Positions 42,337-55,292 are shown, numbered from the stretch's first letter. The stretch: DNA of 64,000 nt from Polyangium mundeleinium (GCF_028369105.1 NZ_JAQNDO010000001.1:1779711-1843710); one strand, 5' to 3'. Numbers and translations are program-made. The notes: generated by a model from the letters alone, not told the origin.

Positions 42337-43421
42337 TGAACGAGCTCTGCCGGCGTTCGCTCGCCTTTGCCTTCGTCGCCTTCGTTGGTCTCGCCGCGCC
42401 CGCGCCCTCGCACGCGTCGGACGCGCAGACCTCGCAGGCCCAGATCCAGCTCGCGCGCCAGGCCGCATCGGAGGGGCTCACGGCGTATCGCGCGGGCCAG
42501 TTCGACAAGGCGCTGAACCTCTTCGAGCAGGCGAAGGCGCTCTACCCGAGCGCGCAGATCGTCCGCATGATCGGCTATTCGCTGCTCGCGCTCGAGAAGT
42601 GGATGCCCGCGGCCGAGGCGATGGAAGCCGCGCTCGTCTCGGACGTCGGGGCCCTGTCCGACGAGGACAAGACCGACGTCAAGGAGCAGCTCTCGAAGGC
42701 GATGGTGCACATCGGCGTGCTCAACGTCACGTCGAAGGTGAGCGGCGCGAAGCTCGTGGTGGACGATCAGCCGGGCGTGAATCTGCCGCTCGCGAAGCCG
42801 CTGTGGCTTTCGCCCGGCAAGCACAAGATCGTCGTGAGCGCGCCGGACCACGAGGACGAGGTGCAGGAGATCGAGCTCGAAGGCGGCAAGCCCCTCGAGC
42901 TCTCGATCGATCCGAAGGAGGTCAAAAAAGAGGCGCCGCCGCCGCCGCCGCCGCCACCTCCGCCACCTCCGCCGCAGAAAAACTGGATCCCGCAGCAACG
43001 CCTGATCGGGCTGGTGGCGACGGGCGTGGGCGCTGGGCTCGGGCTCGGGACGCTCGGCGCGAGCCTCGTGTCGACCCACCTGCGCAACAACGTCGCGCGC
43101 GACATCGAGATCCACGAGAAGATGTACGGGCCGAACTGCAGCCGCGGGGACGCTTCGTTCTGCCAGCTCGATCGTCAGGTGATCGCGGCCGACGGGCGCG
43201 ACGCGAACACGATGCGCAACCTCAGCGTCGGCCTCGGGATCAGCGCGCTCGTGCTCGGCGCGGGCGGCGTCGTGCTGACGATCTTCGCGATGCCGGAGGA
43301 GCCCGCGAAGCCCAAGGATGAAGCTCTGCCCACGACGCAGGCGCAGAAAGGCGCGGGCATCCGCTCGTTCGCCTGCGGCCCGCTCGGCGGCCTCGGCGTC
43401 TCATGCGCAGGCACGTTCTGA
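42336..43421 (+). CDS. Secreted TPR-like/PEGA-domain protein with a poly-Pro stretch and a TM segment
   Basis: Signal peptide; PEGA-like KLVVDDQPGVN...LSPGKHKIVVSAPDHEDEVQEIEL; PPPPPPPPPPPPP; C-terminal TM. Its ATG overlaps the kinase stop (ATGA at 42333-42336). Confidence 0.75.
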   Translation: MNELCRRSLAFAFVAFVGLAAPAPSHASDAQTSQAQIQLARQAASEGLTAYRAGQFDKALNLFEQAKALYPSAQIVRMIGYSLLALEKWMPAAEAMEAALVSDVGALSDEDKTDVKEQLSKAMVHIGVLNVTSKVSGAKLVVDDQPGVNLPLAKPLWLSPGKHKIVVSAPDHEDEVQEIELEGGKPLELSIDPKEVKKEAPPPPPPPPPPPPPQKNWIPQQRLIGLVATGVGAGLGLGTLGASLVSTHLRNNVARDIEIHEKMYGPNCSRGDASFCQLDRQVIAADGRDANTMRNLSVGLGISALVLGAGGVVLTIFAMPEEPAKPKDEALPTTQAQKGAGIRSFACGPLGGLGVSCAGTF

Positions 43422-44011
43422 CGCCCCGGAGTCTGCTCGCCGCGCTCGCGCTCGTGCTCGCGGCGCCGGCGTGTCTCGAGGTGCCGGCGCCGCCGGCGAA
43501 GGACGCGCTCAAGGTCGTCGACGTGAAGGCGAGCGAGGGCGTGGTGCTCGAGACCGCGTGCACGCCGACGGGCATCGAGACGTGCTTCGACGCTCGCGAC
43601 GACAACTGCAACGGCGTCATCGACGAGGGGTGCGGGCTGCACACGGGGATCTTGCAGTTCGTGATCGCGTGGGAGGCCGCCGAGGCCGACGTGGACCTGA
43701 ACGTCTACGACGTCGGCGGCGAGCTCGCGCGGGTCGGGGAGCCGACCTCGACGGGCCTCGTGAAGGACCGCGATTGTCCGCAGTCGGAGAACGAGTGCCA
43801 GGGCCAGAACGTGGAGAACGTCTACCTGGCCGAGGGGGACCCGAAGCGCGGTCGTTACCGCGTGGTGATCCGCCTCGACAAGCTCAACGGCGCGGCCGCG
43901 CCGGTGCGGGTGCGCCTCGGCGCGCGTGTGGGGCAGCGGCCGTTCAGCATGGTCGTGGAGCTCGCGCCAGGCGCGGGCACGGAAGAGAAGTCGTTCGAGT
44001 TCACACTTTGA
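43403..44011 (+). CDS. Lipoprotein carrying a Cys/Asp-rich putative metal-binding motif
   Basis: Lipoprotein signal LALVLAAPAC; motif ETCFDARDDNCNGVIDEGCG. It overlaps the upstream gene by 19 nt. Confidence 0.6.
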   Translation: MRRHVLTPRSLLAALALVLAAPACLEVPAPPAKDALKVVDVKASEGVVLETACTPTGIETCFDARDDNCNGVIDEGCGLHTGILQFVIAWEAAEADVDLNVYDVGGELARVGEPTSTGLVKDRDCPQSENECQGQNVENVYLAEGDPKRGRYRVVIRLDKLNGAAAPVRVRLGARVGQRPFSMVVELAPGAGTEEKSFEFTL

Positions 44012-44162
44012 TCTCGTGAACGATTCGGTTGACGTTTGGGGGCTACGCTAGGACGAGCCCAGCTACGCCCCCAAACCCCCGTGACGCGCGGCATCGCTCG
44101 GGTTGACGCGCAGCACCTCGGCCCCCTACAACAGGGGCCGTTTCCCCGGGAGAACGCGCGCC

Positions 44163-46490
44163 ATGAATCCGCTCATGATGTTTCTCATGATCTTCGGCCT
44201 GGCCGGGGCCTTCGCGTACAGCGCAGGCCGGCGGTGGTCGTTGCTCCAGGTCGGGCGGTCGGAAGATCGCTTCGACGACGTTCCGGAGCGCGTGAAGGGC
44301 ACGGTGATCTACGCGCTGGCCCAGAAGAAGATGCATTACTACCGGCTCGCCGGCGCGGCCCACATGCTCATCTTCCTGGGCTTCGTGGTGCTCCTGGCCC
44401 GGTCGCTCATCCTCTGGGGCCGCGGGTTCGACCCGTCGTTCAACCTCTTCATCCTGGGGCCCGAGGGCTTCCTCGGCCTGCCCCTCGGGCACGCGTACGA
44501 GTTCCTGAAGGACATCATCGCGTCGCTCGTCATCGTCGGCGCGCTCGTCTTCCTGTACTTCCGCGTGATCAAGGTCGACCCCCGCATGACGAAGTCGGGC
44601 GAGGCGATCCTGATCCTCGGCATCATCATGACGATGATGCTGGCGGACATGCTCTACGACGGCGCCTCCATGGTCCTGCACCACAAGGGCCTCGCGGGCT
44701 GTACGGGGCGGAACCTCGAGCCCGAGTATTGCGAGGCCGTGCGCAAGGTCGTGGCCCCGCTCGGGCCTGCGCCGACGCACGCGCTCGGCTGGGCGCCGTT
44801 CCCCTCGCCGGCCGGCTCGTTCTTCGCGACCCTGCTCGCGGGCGTACCGCGCGATACGTTGCTCGTGATCGCCAAGATCGGCTTCTGGACGCACGCGTCG
44901 CTCGTCCTGATCTTCGCGAACATCCTTCCGTACTCGAAGCACTTCCACGTCATCACGGCGGGCTTCAACGTCTTCTTCCGCAACGTGACGCCGCGCGGGC
45001 GGCTGCCGCTCATGGCGCCGAGCGCGGAGGCCATCGGCGAGATGGTCATGAAGATGGCCGAGGAGCCCGCGAAGGCCGAGCCCGTCGGCGTGAACAAGAT
45101 CCAGGACTTCACCTGGAAGGCGATCCTCGACTTCTACACGTGCACGGAGTGCGGGCGTTGCTCCGACAACTGCCCCGCCCACAAGACGGGCAAGCTGCTC
45201 TCGCCGAAGCAGCTCACGCTCAACCTGCGCGATCACCTGTACGACCACGACAGCGTGCTCATCGCGCAGAAGCACGAGGCCGATCGCGTGGGCGCGGCGC
45301 TGGCGCGGCCCGACGCGACGACCGAGGACAACGGCGAGGTCGGGCCCTACCGTTCGGAGCCGGAAGGCTTGCAGGCGCAGCCGAGCGCCGAGGTCGAGGA
45401 CGCGAGCAAGGATCTCGTGGCGAACGTGATCCACCCGGACGTGCTCTGGGCCTGCACGACGTGCCGGGCCTGCGAAGAGCAGTGTCCCGTGATGATCAGC
45501 TACGTCGACAAGATCGTGGAGATGCGGCGGCACCTGGTGCTCGTGAAGGGCGAGTTCCCGGCGCAGCTCAACGGTCCGTTCCAGGCGCTGGAGGTGAACG
45601 GGAACCCCTGGAACCTCGCCCGCATGGATCGCGCGAACTGGGCCGAGGGGCTCGACGTGCCGATGATGTCGGAGAACCCGAAGGCCGAGGTCCTCTACTG
45701 GGTCGGCTGCGCGGCGAGCTACGACGACCGGGCGAAGAAGATCGCGCGGGCGACGGCGCGGCTGCTCAAGGAGGCGGGCGTGGACTTCGCGGTCCTCGGG
45801 CAGGAGGAGACCTGCACGGGGGATCCGGCGCGGCGCGCGGGCAACGAGTACCTGTTCGCGATGCTGGCCGAGCAGAACGTGGCCACGCTGAACGGCTACA
45901 AGGACCAGGGCGGGGTGAAGAAGATCATCACGGCCTGCCCGCACTGCTTCAATACGATCCTGAACGAATACCCCGACTTCGGCGCGAAGTTCGAGGTCGT
46001 GCATCACACGGATTACCTGCTCGGGCTCGTGGCGGAGCGGAAGCTCTCGCCGAAGACCCCGGTGAAGGGCAAGGTCGTGTTCCACGACTCCTGCTACCTG
46101 GGCCGTTACAACGACGTGTACGAGCAGCCGCGCGACATCCTGAAGAGCATCCCGGGCGTGGAGCTCGTCGAGGCGGAGGGCTGGAACCGCAACAAGGGCC
46201 TGTGCTGCGGCGCCGGCGGCGCGCAGTTCTGGATGGAGGAGCAAAACAAGGACCGCGTGAACGTGAAGCGCACGCTCCAGCTCCTGCAGACGGAGGCGAA
46301 GACGATCGCGACCGCGTGCCCGTTCTGCCAGACGATGATCACCGACGGCCTGAAGGCGCACGGGAAGGAAGAAAGCGTACGTCAGCTCGACGTGTCGGAG
46401 ATCCTGCTCGAGAGCTGCCTCGAAGGCGGGTCGAAGAAGGAAAAGCCGAAGAAGGCTGCGCCCGAGACGGTGGAAGCCCCCTCCGCCTGA
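44163..46490 (+). CDS. Membrane-anchored Fe-S oxidoreductase: NarI/HdrE-like haem-b membrane domain fused to an HdrD/GlcF/DsrK-like domain (2×[4Fe-4S] plus 2×CCG)
   Basis: Start ATG 44163 (MNPLMMFLMIFG...); a GTG at 44103 is an alternative. N-terminal TM helices contain conserved His residues. Ferredoxin motifs CTECGRCSDNCP and CTTCRACEEQCP. CCG-domain Cys clusters CPHCFNTI..HDSCYLGRYN and CCGAGG..CPFCQTMI. Confidence 0.85.
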   Translation: MNPLMMFLMIFGLAGAFAYSAGRRWSLLQVGRSEDRFDDVPERVKGTVIYALAQKKMHYYRLAGAAHMLIFLGFVVLLARSLILWGRGFDPSFNLFILGPEGFLGLPLGHAYEFLKDIIASLVIVGALVFLYFRVIKVDPRMTKSGEAILILGIIMTMMLADMLYDGASMVLHHKGLAGCTGRNLEPEYCEAVRKVVAPLGPAPTHALGWAPFPSPAGSFFATLLAGVPRDTLLVIAKIGFWTHASLVLIFANILPYSKHFHVITAGFNVFFRNVTPRGRLPLMAPSAEAIGEMVMKMAEEPAKAEPVGVNKIQDFTWKAILDFYTCTECGRCSDNCPAHKTGKLLSPKQLTLNLRDHLYDHDSVLIAQKHEADRVGAALARPDATTEDNGEVGPYRSEPEGLQAQPSAEVEDASKDLVANVIHPDVLWACTTCRACEEQCPVMISYVDKIVEMRRHLVLVKGEFPAQLNGPFQALEVNGNPWNLARMDRANWAEGLDVPMMSENPKAEVLYWVGCAASYDDRAKKIARATARLLKEAGVDFAVLGQEETCTGDPARRAGNEYLFAMLAEQNVATLNGYKDQGGVKKIITACPHCFNTILNEYPDFGAKFEVVHHTDYLLGLVAERKLSPKTPVKGKVVFHDSCYLGRYNDVYEQPRDILKSIPGVELVEAEGWNRNKGLCCGAGGAQFWMEEQNKDRVNVKRTLQLLQTEAKTIATACPFCQTMITDGLKAHGKEESVRQLDVSEILLESCLEGGSKKEKPKKAAPETVEAPSA

Positions 46491-46620
46491 TCACGCAAGC
46501 TCCGCGATTCCCTCAACTCCATCCAGGAATCACCTGGTCCACCCCCCCTCGTTCCGGAGCACGTGCGTCCGACGAGAGCCTGAGCTAGATTCGGGCGGTC
46601 GCTGGATCCGAGGGAGGCAT

Positions 46621-46893
46621 ATGGAGCAACCGCGAAACATGGTTTTTTCCATGGCCATCGATTCGCTGGCCGATGTGGCGCTCAAGGCGCACATGACGCC
46701 GGAGGATGCGGGGGAGCTCCGGTGCGACGCCTGCTCGGAGCCCATCGAAGGGGAGCCGGCCGGGCGAGGGCTGTACGTGTGGACCCGCGGAGACGAGGTC
46801 CGCTACGAGGAGCCCCCGCTCTGCGCGCAATGCGCGACGGCCATCGGGATCACGGCGCTCGCGACGTGGAGCGTCGAAGAAGAAGAAGGCTGA
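46621..46893 (+). CDS. Small zinc-ribbon-like protein of 90 aa with CxxC...CxxC
   Basis: RBS gagggagg 6 nt before the ATG; CDAC...CAQC pairs; acidic C-terminus. Confidence 0.5.
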   Translation: MEQPRNMVFSMAIDSLADVALKAHMTPEDAGELRCDACSEPIEGEPAGRGLYVWTRGDEVRYEEPPLCAQCATAIGITALATWSVEEEEG

Positions 46894-46903
46894 TCCTTCC
46901 GCC

Positions 46904-49174
46904 TTAAAACGCCTCGCCGATCGCGATCGTGGTCACGATCGGGAATCCGCCCGTATATCCGAACAAGCCGACGTCGTAGCCAAGCGCGGCCTCGTCGCAG
47001 ATGCCGATCTGCTGGGCGCACGGGATGCGGTAGCCGACGTCCACGCGGACCGGGCCGACCGGGGTCGCATACCGGACGCCGAGGCCGGCGGACATGTGCG
47101 GGCGGTCGAAGGCGAGCTCGGCGAGGCCAGGGCGGACGTCGCTCGCGTCGAGGAAGAGGATCGCGCCGAGGTTCTCGGTGAACGAGAGGCGCACTTCGAT
47201 CGCGGACTCCCACAACGTGAGGCCACCCGTCGGCGCCCACGGAGGGACGGCCCCGCGCGCCGTGTCGCGGAGCGGGACGCTCGCGTGCATGCCGACGCCG
47301 TTGTAGACGTAGCCCCGGTTCGAGTTGGGGCCGCCGCTGTAGAAACCACGGAACTGCAGGAGCTGCAGGGAGCGGCGGAGTTCGTCGAGGGGGATGTTCG
47401 TGCCGTCGACGATGCCGTCGTCGTTTTCGTCGGGGCGCTTCCGGTCGCGGGCCTTGGGGCCGAGGATGTCGAGGGTCTGCTGGAAGTCGTCCGAGCGCGG
47501 GATGAGGAAGCCGCCCGCCAGGCGGAAGGCGAGGGTGACGCGTTTGGCGACGGGCACGTAGGCACGGAGCTCGGGGCGTAGGCGGACGTCGTTGGCGTCG
47601 CCGGGGAGGAAGTAGCCCGCGAGCTGCGCATTGAGGTTCAGGTAGACGCCGCGGCGTGGGGTGATGCGGTCGGTCTCGCCGCGGTCGTTCTGGCGGAAAT
47701 CGAGCGTGCCCACGGTTTCGAGGTACGTGAACACGAGGCGGGTGAAGCCTTCGGGGACGCCGTCGTGCCAGTACAGGAACGGGTCGTCGTACTGCACGTG
47801 GATGAACTGCCCGAGGTAATGCGTGAAGTCGGCGAAGCGGCGTTCGAGGCCGAGGGTGACGGCGGCCTCGCGGTAGCCGAGCGCGGGCTCCTTGGCCTCG
47901 GGCGTGCCAGGGGCGGGCGCCGTGATGATGTTGAGGGGGCGGTAGATGTTCGCCGCGCCGCGGAGGACGGCCTGGGTGCGGGGCTCGAAGACGCCGGGCT
48001 GGCGGAGCTCGAAGCGGAGGCGGATCTCGGGGAGGATGTAGCTCGGGCGCGCGAGGAAGAGGTTGTAGAGGGCGTTCGGGTAGAACACGAGGCCGGGGCG
48101 CGCCTCGATGGCGAAGCGGCGCAAGCCGCCGAGGAAGTTGCGGTCCTCCCAGCTCGCCATGCCGTGCGCCTCGACACGGCCGCCGGCCTCGGCGCCGAAG
48201 CCGAGCTTGACGGCGCGGAGCGCGGCGGGCTGGACGACGATCGTGATGGGTACGACGTTCGTGCGCGGCTTGTCGGGCGGGGGGAGCTCGGGGCGGACGT
48301 CGATGGCGCCGAAGATGCCGAAGTCGGCGAGGGCGCGCTCGGCGGAGGCGAGGGTGGCGGTGGAGAAGCGTTCGCCCTTCTTGAAGCCGAGGGCCGCGCG
48401 GATCGGCTTTTCGGGGAGCTCGCCGAGGCCGACGATGCGGACGTCGCCGAAGGTGGCCTGGGGGCCGAGCTCGATGGTGTACGTGACGTCGGCGGTGTGG
48501 GCGATGAGGTCGACCTTGGTGTCGCCGTGGACGTTCGCGTAGGGGAAGCCGCGCTCGGTGAGGACGCGGGTGATGGCCTTTTTCGTGGCCTCGTAGCTGT
48601 CCTCCTCGAAGCGCTTGCCGAGGGGGAGCTCGTTTTTCGCCTCGGTGACGGGGCGCGTGACGTCGGCCGCGTCGGGCAGGCGCCAGTCGACCCAGGCGAG
48701 GTCGACCTTGCGGAGGTTCACGGGTTTGCCCTCGTCGACGACGATCTCGACGCGGAGCTTGCCGTCGGACTTGCGGCGCATGACGCGGCCGGCCTCGACG
48801 TGCGCCTCGTAAAACCCGCGGCTGCGGTAGTAACGCTCGATGCGGGCGAGGTCGCGCTCGAGGACGAAGCGGTCGAAGCGCTCGTACTCGACGGCCAGGA
48901 CGTCGCTGAGGCCAAGGATGGGGATGCCCTGGAGGACGCCGCCGAGCGGATGCGAGCTCTCCGCGGTGGCGATGCGGTCCTTGATGGCAGCGTCGGGGAT
49001 CTCGTCGTTGCCGAGGACGTCGACCTCTTCGATGATGCAGCCGGAGAGGTCTTGAGGGTTACACGTCGGGGTTTTGGGGGGCGTGGTTTTGCACGCCGCG
49101 GACGTGACGAGGGTCAGGGCGAACGGCAGAAGCTTGCTCAAGGCGACGCGGGACTTGCTCCTGTTCTGCGTCAA
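46904..49174 (-). CDS. bamA: Outer membrane protein assembly factor BamA (Omp85 family)
   Basis: N-terminal signal peptide; POTRA-like repeats; C-terminal beta-barrel with a Gly/aromatic-rich alternating pattern, ending ...IAIGEAF. Confidence 0.9.
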   Translation of the reverse strand: MTQNRSKSRVALSKLLPFALTLVTSAACKTTPPKTPTCNPQDLSGCIIEEVDVLGNDEIPDAAIKDRIATAESSHPLGGVLQGIPILGLSDVLAVEYERFDRFVLERDLARIERYYRSRGFYEAHVEAGRVMRRKSDGKLRVEIVVDEGKPVNLRKVDLAWVDWRLPDAADVTRPVTEAKNELPLGKRFEEDSYEATKKAITRVLTERGFPYANVHGDTKVDLIAHTADVTYTIELGPQATFGDVRIVGLGELPEKPIRAALGFKKGERFSTATLASAERALADFGIFGAIDVRPELPPPDKPRTNVVPITIVVQPAALRAVKLGFGAEAGGRVEAHGMASWEDRNFLGGLRRFAIEARPGLVFYPNALYNLFLARPSYILPEIRLRFELRQPGVFEPRTQAVLRGAANIYRPLNIITAPAPGTPEAKEPALGYREAAVTLGLERRFADFTHYLGQFIHVQYDDPFLYWHDGVPEGFTRLVFTYLETVGTLDFRQNDRGETDRITPRRGVYLNLNAQLAGYFLPGDANDVRLRPELRAYVPVAKRVTLAFRLAGGFLIPRSDDFQQTLDILGPKARDRKRPDENDDGIVDGTNIPLDELRRSLQLLQFRGFYSGGPNSNRGYVYNGVGMHASVPLRDTARGAVPPWAPTGGLTLWESAIEVRLSFTENLGAILFLDASDVRPGLAELAFDRPHMSAGLGVRYATPVGPVRVDVGYRIPCAQQIGICDEAALGYDVGLFGYTGGFPIVTTIAIGEAF

Positions 49175-49241
49175 GTGGCCTTCCCCTCGGGTATCCTCGG
49201 TCAGCCGCGCACGGGCGCGGCGGAGAGGGAGAGCCTACGAG

Positions 49242-49823
49242 ATGGCGGAGCCAATGCAAAACGACCTCGGCGGCGAGCCGCCGCGGGCCGAGCGTCCCGA
49301 GGAACCTTCGCGCGTGGACGGCAGCCGTCGCGGCGCGTTGAAGGTGCTCGTCGCGCTGGGCGGCGCGGCCTACGCGGGCGCGATCGTGGTCCCGGCCGTG
49401 ACCATGCTGGCCCCATCGTCTGAAGGCGGCGCAGGCGCGGCGCGGTGGATGCGGGTTTGTCGTCTCGCCGAGCTGACCGAGGGTGAGCCGCGGCGGGTCG
49501 TGGTCGTCGGCGACGAGCGCGACGCGTACACGGTGACGAAGGATCAGCTCCTCGGCTCGATCTGGGTGACGAAGAAGGGCGAGAGCGTGACGGCGCTCAG
49601 CGCGGTTTGTCCGCACCTCGGCTGCTCGATCGATCTGAACGGCGACAAGAAGAGCTTCTCGTGTCCCTGCCACACGTCGAAGTTCTCGCTCGCGGGCGCG
49701 GCGGAGGCAGGGCCGAGCCCGCGCGGGATGGATCCGCTCGTGGTGCGCGTCGTGGACGGGCACGTCGAGGTGGACTTCAAGCTCTTCCGCCAGGGGATCG
49801 CGGAGCGAAAGGAGGTCGGGTGA
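49242..49823 (+). CDS. Rieske [2Fe-2S] iron-sulfur subunit with a Tat signal
   Basis: Twin-arginine motif SRRGALKVLV; Rieske boxes CPHLGC and CPCHTS. Start ATG at 49242 within ORF 49074..49823. Confidence 0.85.
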   Translation: MAEPMQNDLGGEPPRAERPEEPSRVDGSRRGALKVLVALGGAAYAGAIVVPAVTMLAPSSEGGAGAARWMRVCRLAELTEGEPRRVVVVGDERDAYTVTKDQLLGSIWVTKKGESVTALSAVCPHLGCSIDLNGDKKSFSCPCHTSKFSLAGAAEAGPSPRGMDPLVVRVVDGHVEVDFKLFRQGIAERKEVG

Positions 49824-51571
49824 AGCTCGGCGATTGGCTCGACGAACGGACGGGCTACCGGGCGATCTCCCGGAAGTTCGTGGAAGCGACCGTCCCCGGC
49901 GGAGCGCGCTTCGCGTACGCGTGGGGCGCGGCGCTCGGGATCGTGCTGCTGCTGGAAGCGGTGACGGGCGTGCTGCTCATGACCGTGTATTCGCCGAGCG
50001 CGACGACGGCGTGGGCGAGCGTGGCGTACCTGCAGCAGAAGGTGCCGGGGGGCTGGATCGTGCGCGGGCTGCATCAGTTCGGCGCGCAGGCGGCGATCGT
50101 GCTCGCGGTGATCCACGTGGGGTACGCGATCGCGCGCGGGGCGTACCGCAAGCCGCGGGAGCTGACGTACTGGCTTTCGCTCGCGATGGTGGGGCTCGTC
50201 GTGGTCACGGCGCTGACGGGCAATCCGCTGCGCTGGGATCAACGCGGCTTCTGGGGTCTGCGTGTGGAGACGGGGATCATCGGGACGGTGCCCGTGGTCG
50301 GCGGCGTCTTGCAGCAGCTCTTGCTCGGCGGAGGCACGCCGGGGCACATGACGCTGTCGCGTCTGTACACGCTGCACACGGTGGTGTTGCCGTTCCTGCT
50401 CGGCGCGATCGCGGCGAAGCATCTGTGGCTGTCGCGCAAGCACGGGCCGGCGCTCGCGACGCCTGCGGACGCGGTGAAGTCGGATCGGTACTTCCCGACG
50501 CAAGCGGCGCGCGACGTGATCGTGGCGGTGGCCGTGCTCGGCGTGATCGGGGCGCTGACGTGGATGCGGCACGGCGCGCCGCTCGACGCGCCGGCGGATC
50601 CGACGAGCGACTACCCGGCGCGGCCGGAGTGGTACTTCCTCGCGCTCTACGAGATGCGAAAGCCCTTCCCGGGCAAGCTGGAGTTGATCGCGACGGTGGT
50701 GATCCCAGGGCTCGTGGCGGGGTACCTGGTGCTCTTGCCGCTGCTCGACAAGAAGGCGGATCGCGGCGTGATGAAGCGGCTGCCGCTGCTCGCGCCGGTG
50801 GGGTTGTTCGGGGTGGCGGCAGGCGTGCTCACGTTCGCGTCGATGCGCACGGACGCAGCCGACGCGGAGTTCGGGAAGGCCGTGGCGAAGGCCGAGGCGC
50901 AAGGAACGAAGGCGCTGGCGTTGGCGCAGGAAGGCGTGCCGCCGGAGGGCGCGCTGGCGATGCTGCGCAACCACCCGGAGACGCGCCGCGTTGCGCTGTT
51001 CGAGCAGCACTGCGCGAGCTGCCATCGCATGGGGGATCTGGGGCCGCCGAAGGACAAGGACACGGCGCCGGATCTGACGGGCTTCGGCACGAAGGCGTGG
51101 GCGAAGCGGGTGATGGAGGAGCCGGATCACGATGCGATGTTCGGCAAGACCGCGTTCAAGGGCGAGATGCCGAGCATGACGAAGCCGCCCGCGGATCCCG
51201 AGGCAGCGAAGGCGTTCACGGCGATGGCGCCGGCGGACCTCGACGCGATCGCGGACTTCCTCGCGGTGCAAGCGCAAGGGAAGAAGGGCGAGGGGTTGCC
51301 GGGCGAGAAGCTCGTGAGCCAGCGATGCACGAGCTGCCATCGGTTCGACGGCAAGACGGACGACGAGGACTCGCTCGCGCCGGAGCTGCGCGGCTGGGCC
51401 TCGGTGCCTTGGATCCTCGCGCAGATCGATGATCCCGGCAGCGGCGCGACCTACCCGAAGGGCGCGATGGATCCGAAGCTCGAAGGGCACATGCCCGCGT
51501 TCAAGGACAAGCTGTCCGAGAAGGATCGGGCGCTGCTCGCGAAGTTCGTGCAGGAGCAGGCGGGCAAGTAG
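49820..51571 (+). CDS. Cytochrome b fused to a C-terminal dihaem cytochrome c domain (bc-complex subunit)
   Basis: GTG start overlapping the Rieske stop (GTGA at 49820-49823). Cytochrome b signatures (haem-ligand His pattern in helices B and D, GDWLDERTG N-terminus). Two CxxCH motifs: CASCHRMGD and CTSCHRFDG. Confidence 0.85.
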   Translation: MKLGDWLDERTGYRAISRKFVEATVPGGARFAYAWGAALGIVLLLEAVTGVLLMTVYSPSATTAWASVAYLQQKVPGGWIVRGLHQFGAQAAIVLAVIHVGYAIARGAYRKPRELTYWLSLAMVGLVVVTALTGNPLRWDQRGFWGLRVETGIIGTVPVVGGVLQQLLLGGGTPGHMTLSRLYTLHTVVLPFLLGAIAAKHLWLSRKHGPALATPADAVKSDRYFPTQAARDVIVAVAVLGVIGALTWMRHGAPLDAPADPTSDYPARPEWYFLALYEMRKPFPGKLELIATVVIPGLVAGYLVLLPLLDKKADRGVMKRLPLLAPVGLFGVAAGVLTFASMRTDAADAEFGKAVAKAEAQGTKALALAQEGVPPEGALAMLRNHPETRRVALFEQHCASCHRMGDLGPPKDKDTAPDLTGFGTKAWAKRVMEEPDHDAMFGKTAFKGEMPSMTKPPADPEAAKAFTAMAPADLDAIADFLAVQAQGKKGEGLPGEKLVSQRCTSCHRFDGKTDDEDSLAPELRGWASVPWILAQIDDPGSGATYPKGAMDPKLEGHMPAFKDKLSEKDRALLAKFVQEQAGK

Positions 51572-51613
51572 GGAAGGTGGCGGCGGGCATGGCCCCGCCG
51601 CGCCTGTGTCAAG

Positions 51614-51886
51614 TCGAGACCAGCCCCAAATGTGAACAGTCGCTCCGAAAAGGGAGCGAAAACGCCCCAAAGCGGGGTCGGAGCGGTCCACGTACGTTTT
51701 GGGGAGGCCCCAAATGTAGGTGGATGTGTCCGGGGTGCCGTTTGGGGAGGGCCCAAATGTAGGTGGGTGTGTCCGGAGTGCCGTTTGGGGAGGCCCCAAA
51801 GGGAGGTCGGCGCGGCCGGTGGGGTCGCTGGGGAGGCCCCAAAAGGAGGCCGGCGCGGCCCGAGGCGTCTTCGGGGAGGCCCCAAA
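51614..51886. repeat. Cluster of short palindromic elements: five or more copies of the hairpin core TTTGGGG-AGG-CCCCAAA plus a ~44-bp direct repeat
   Basis: Hairpin cores at 51697-51714, 51741-51757, 51784-51800, 51828-51844 and 51870-51886. A related CCCCAAAGCGGGG sits at 51665-51677. GCCCCAAATGT(A/G)GG recurs at about 51625, 51707 and 51751. All lie in the gap between the convergent cyt b/c and kinase genes. Confidence 0.7.
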
Positions 51887-51935
51887 CCGACGGCTCCCCG
51901 AGGAGATCCCGAAGGGCTGCGGGGGAGGCTCGACC

Positions 51936-55292
<3,357 letters not shown>

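Noticed and set aside
44043-49423. Long antisense ORFs over the Hdr-like and BamA genes (44043..46361 minus, 46706..47581 plus, 47765..49423 plus) and 49544..51799 minus over cytochrome b
   Set aside because: High-GC antisense artefacts with no domain signatures.
51614-51886. Rho-independent terminators for the convergent genes
   Set aside because: The hairpins are flanked by T upstream and A downstream on both strands, with no 3' U-tract, so they were called repetitive palindromic elements instead.
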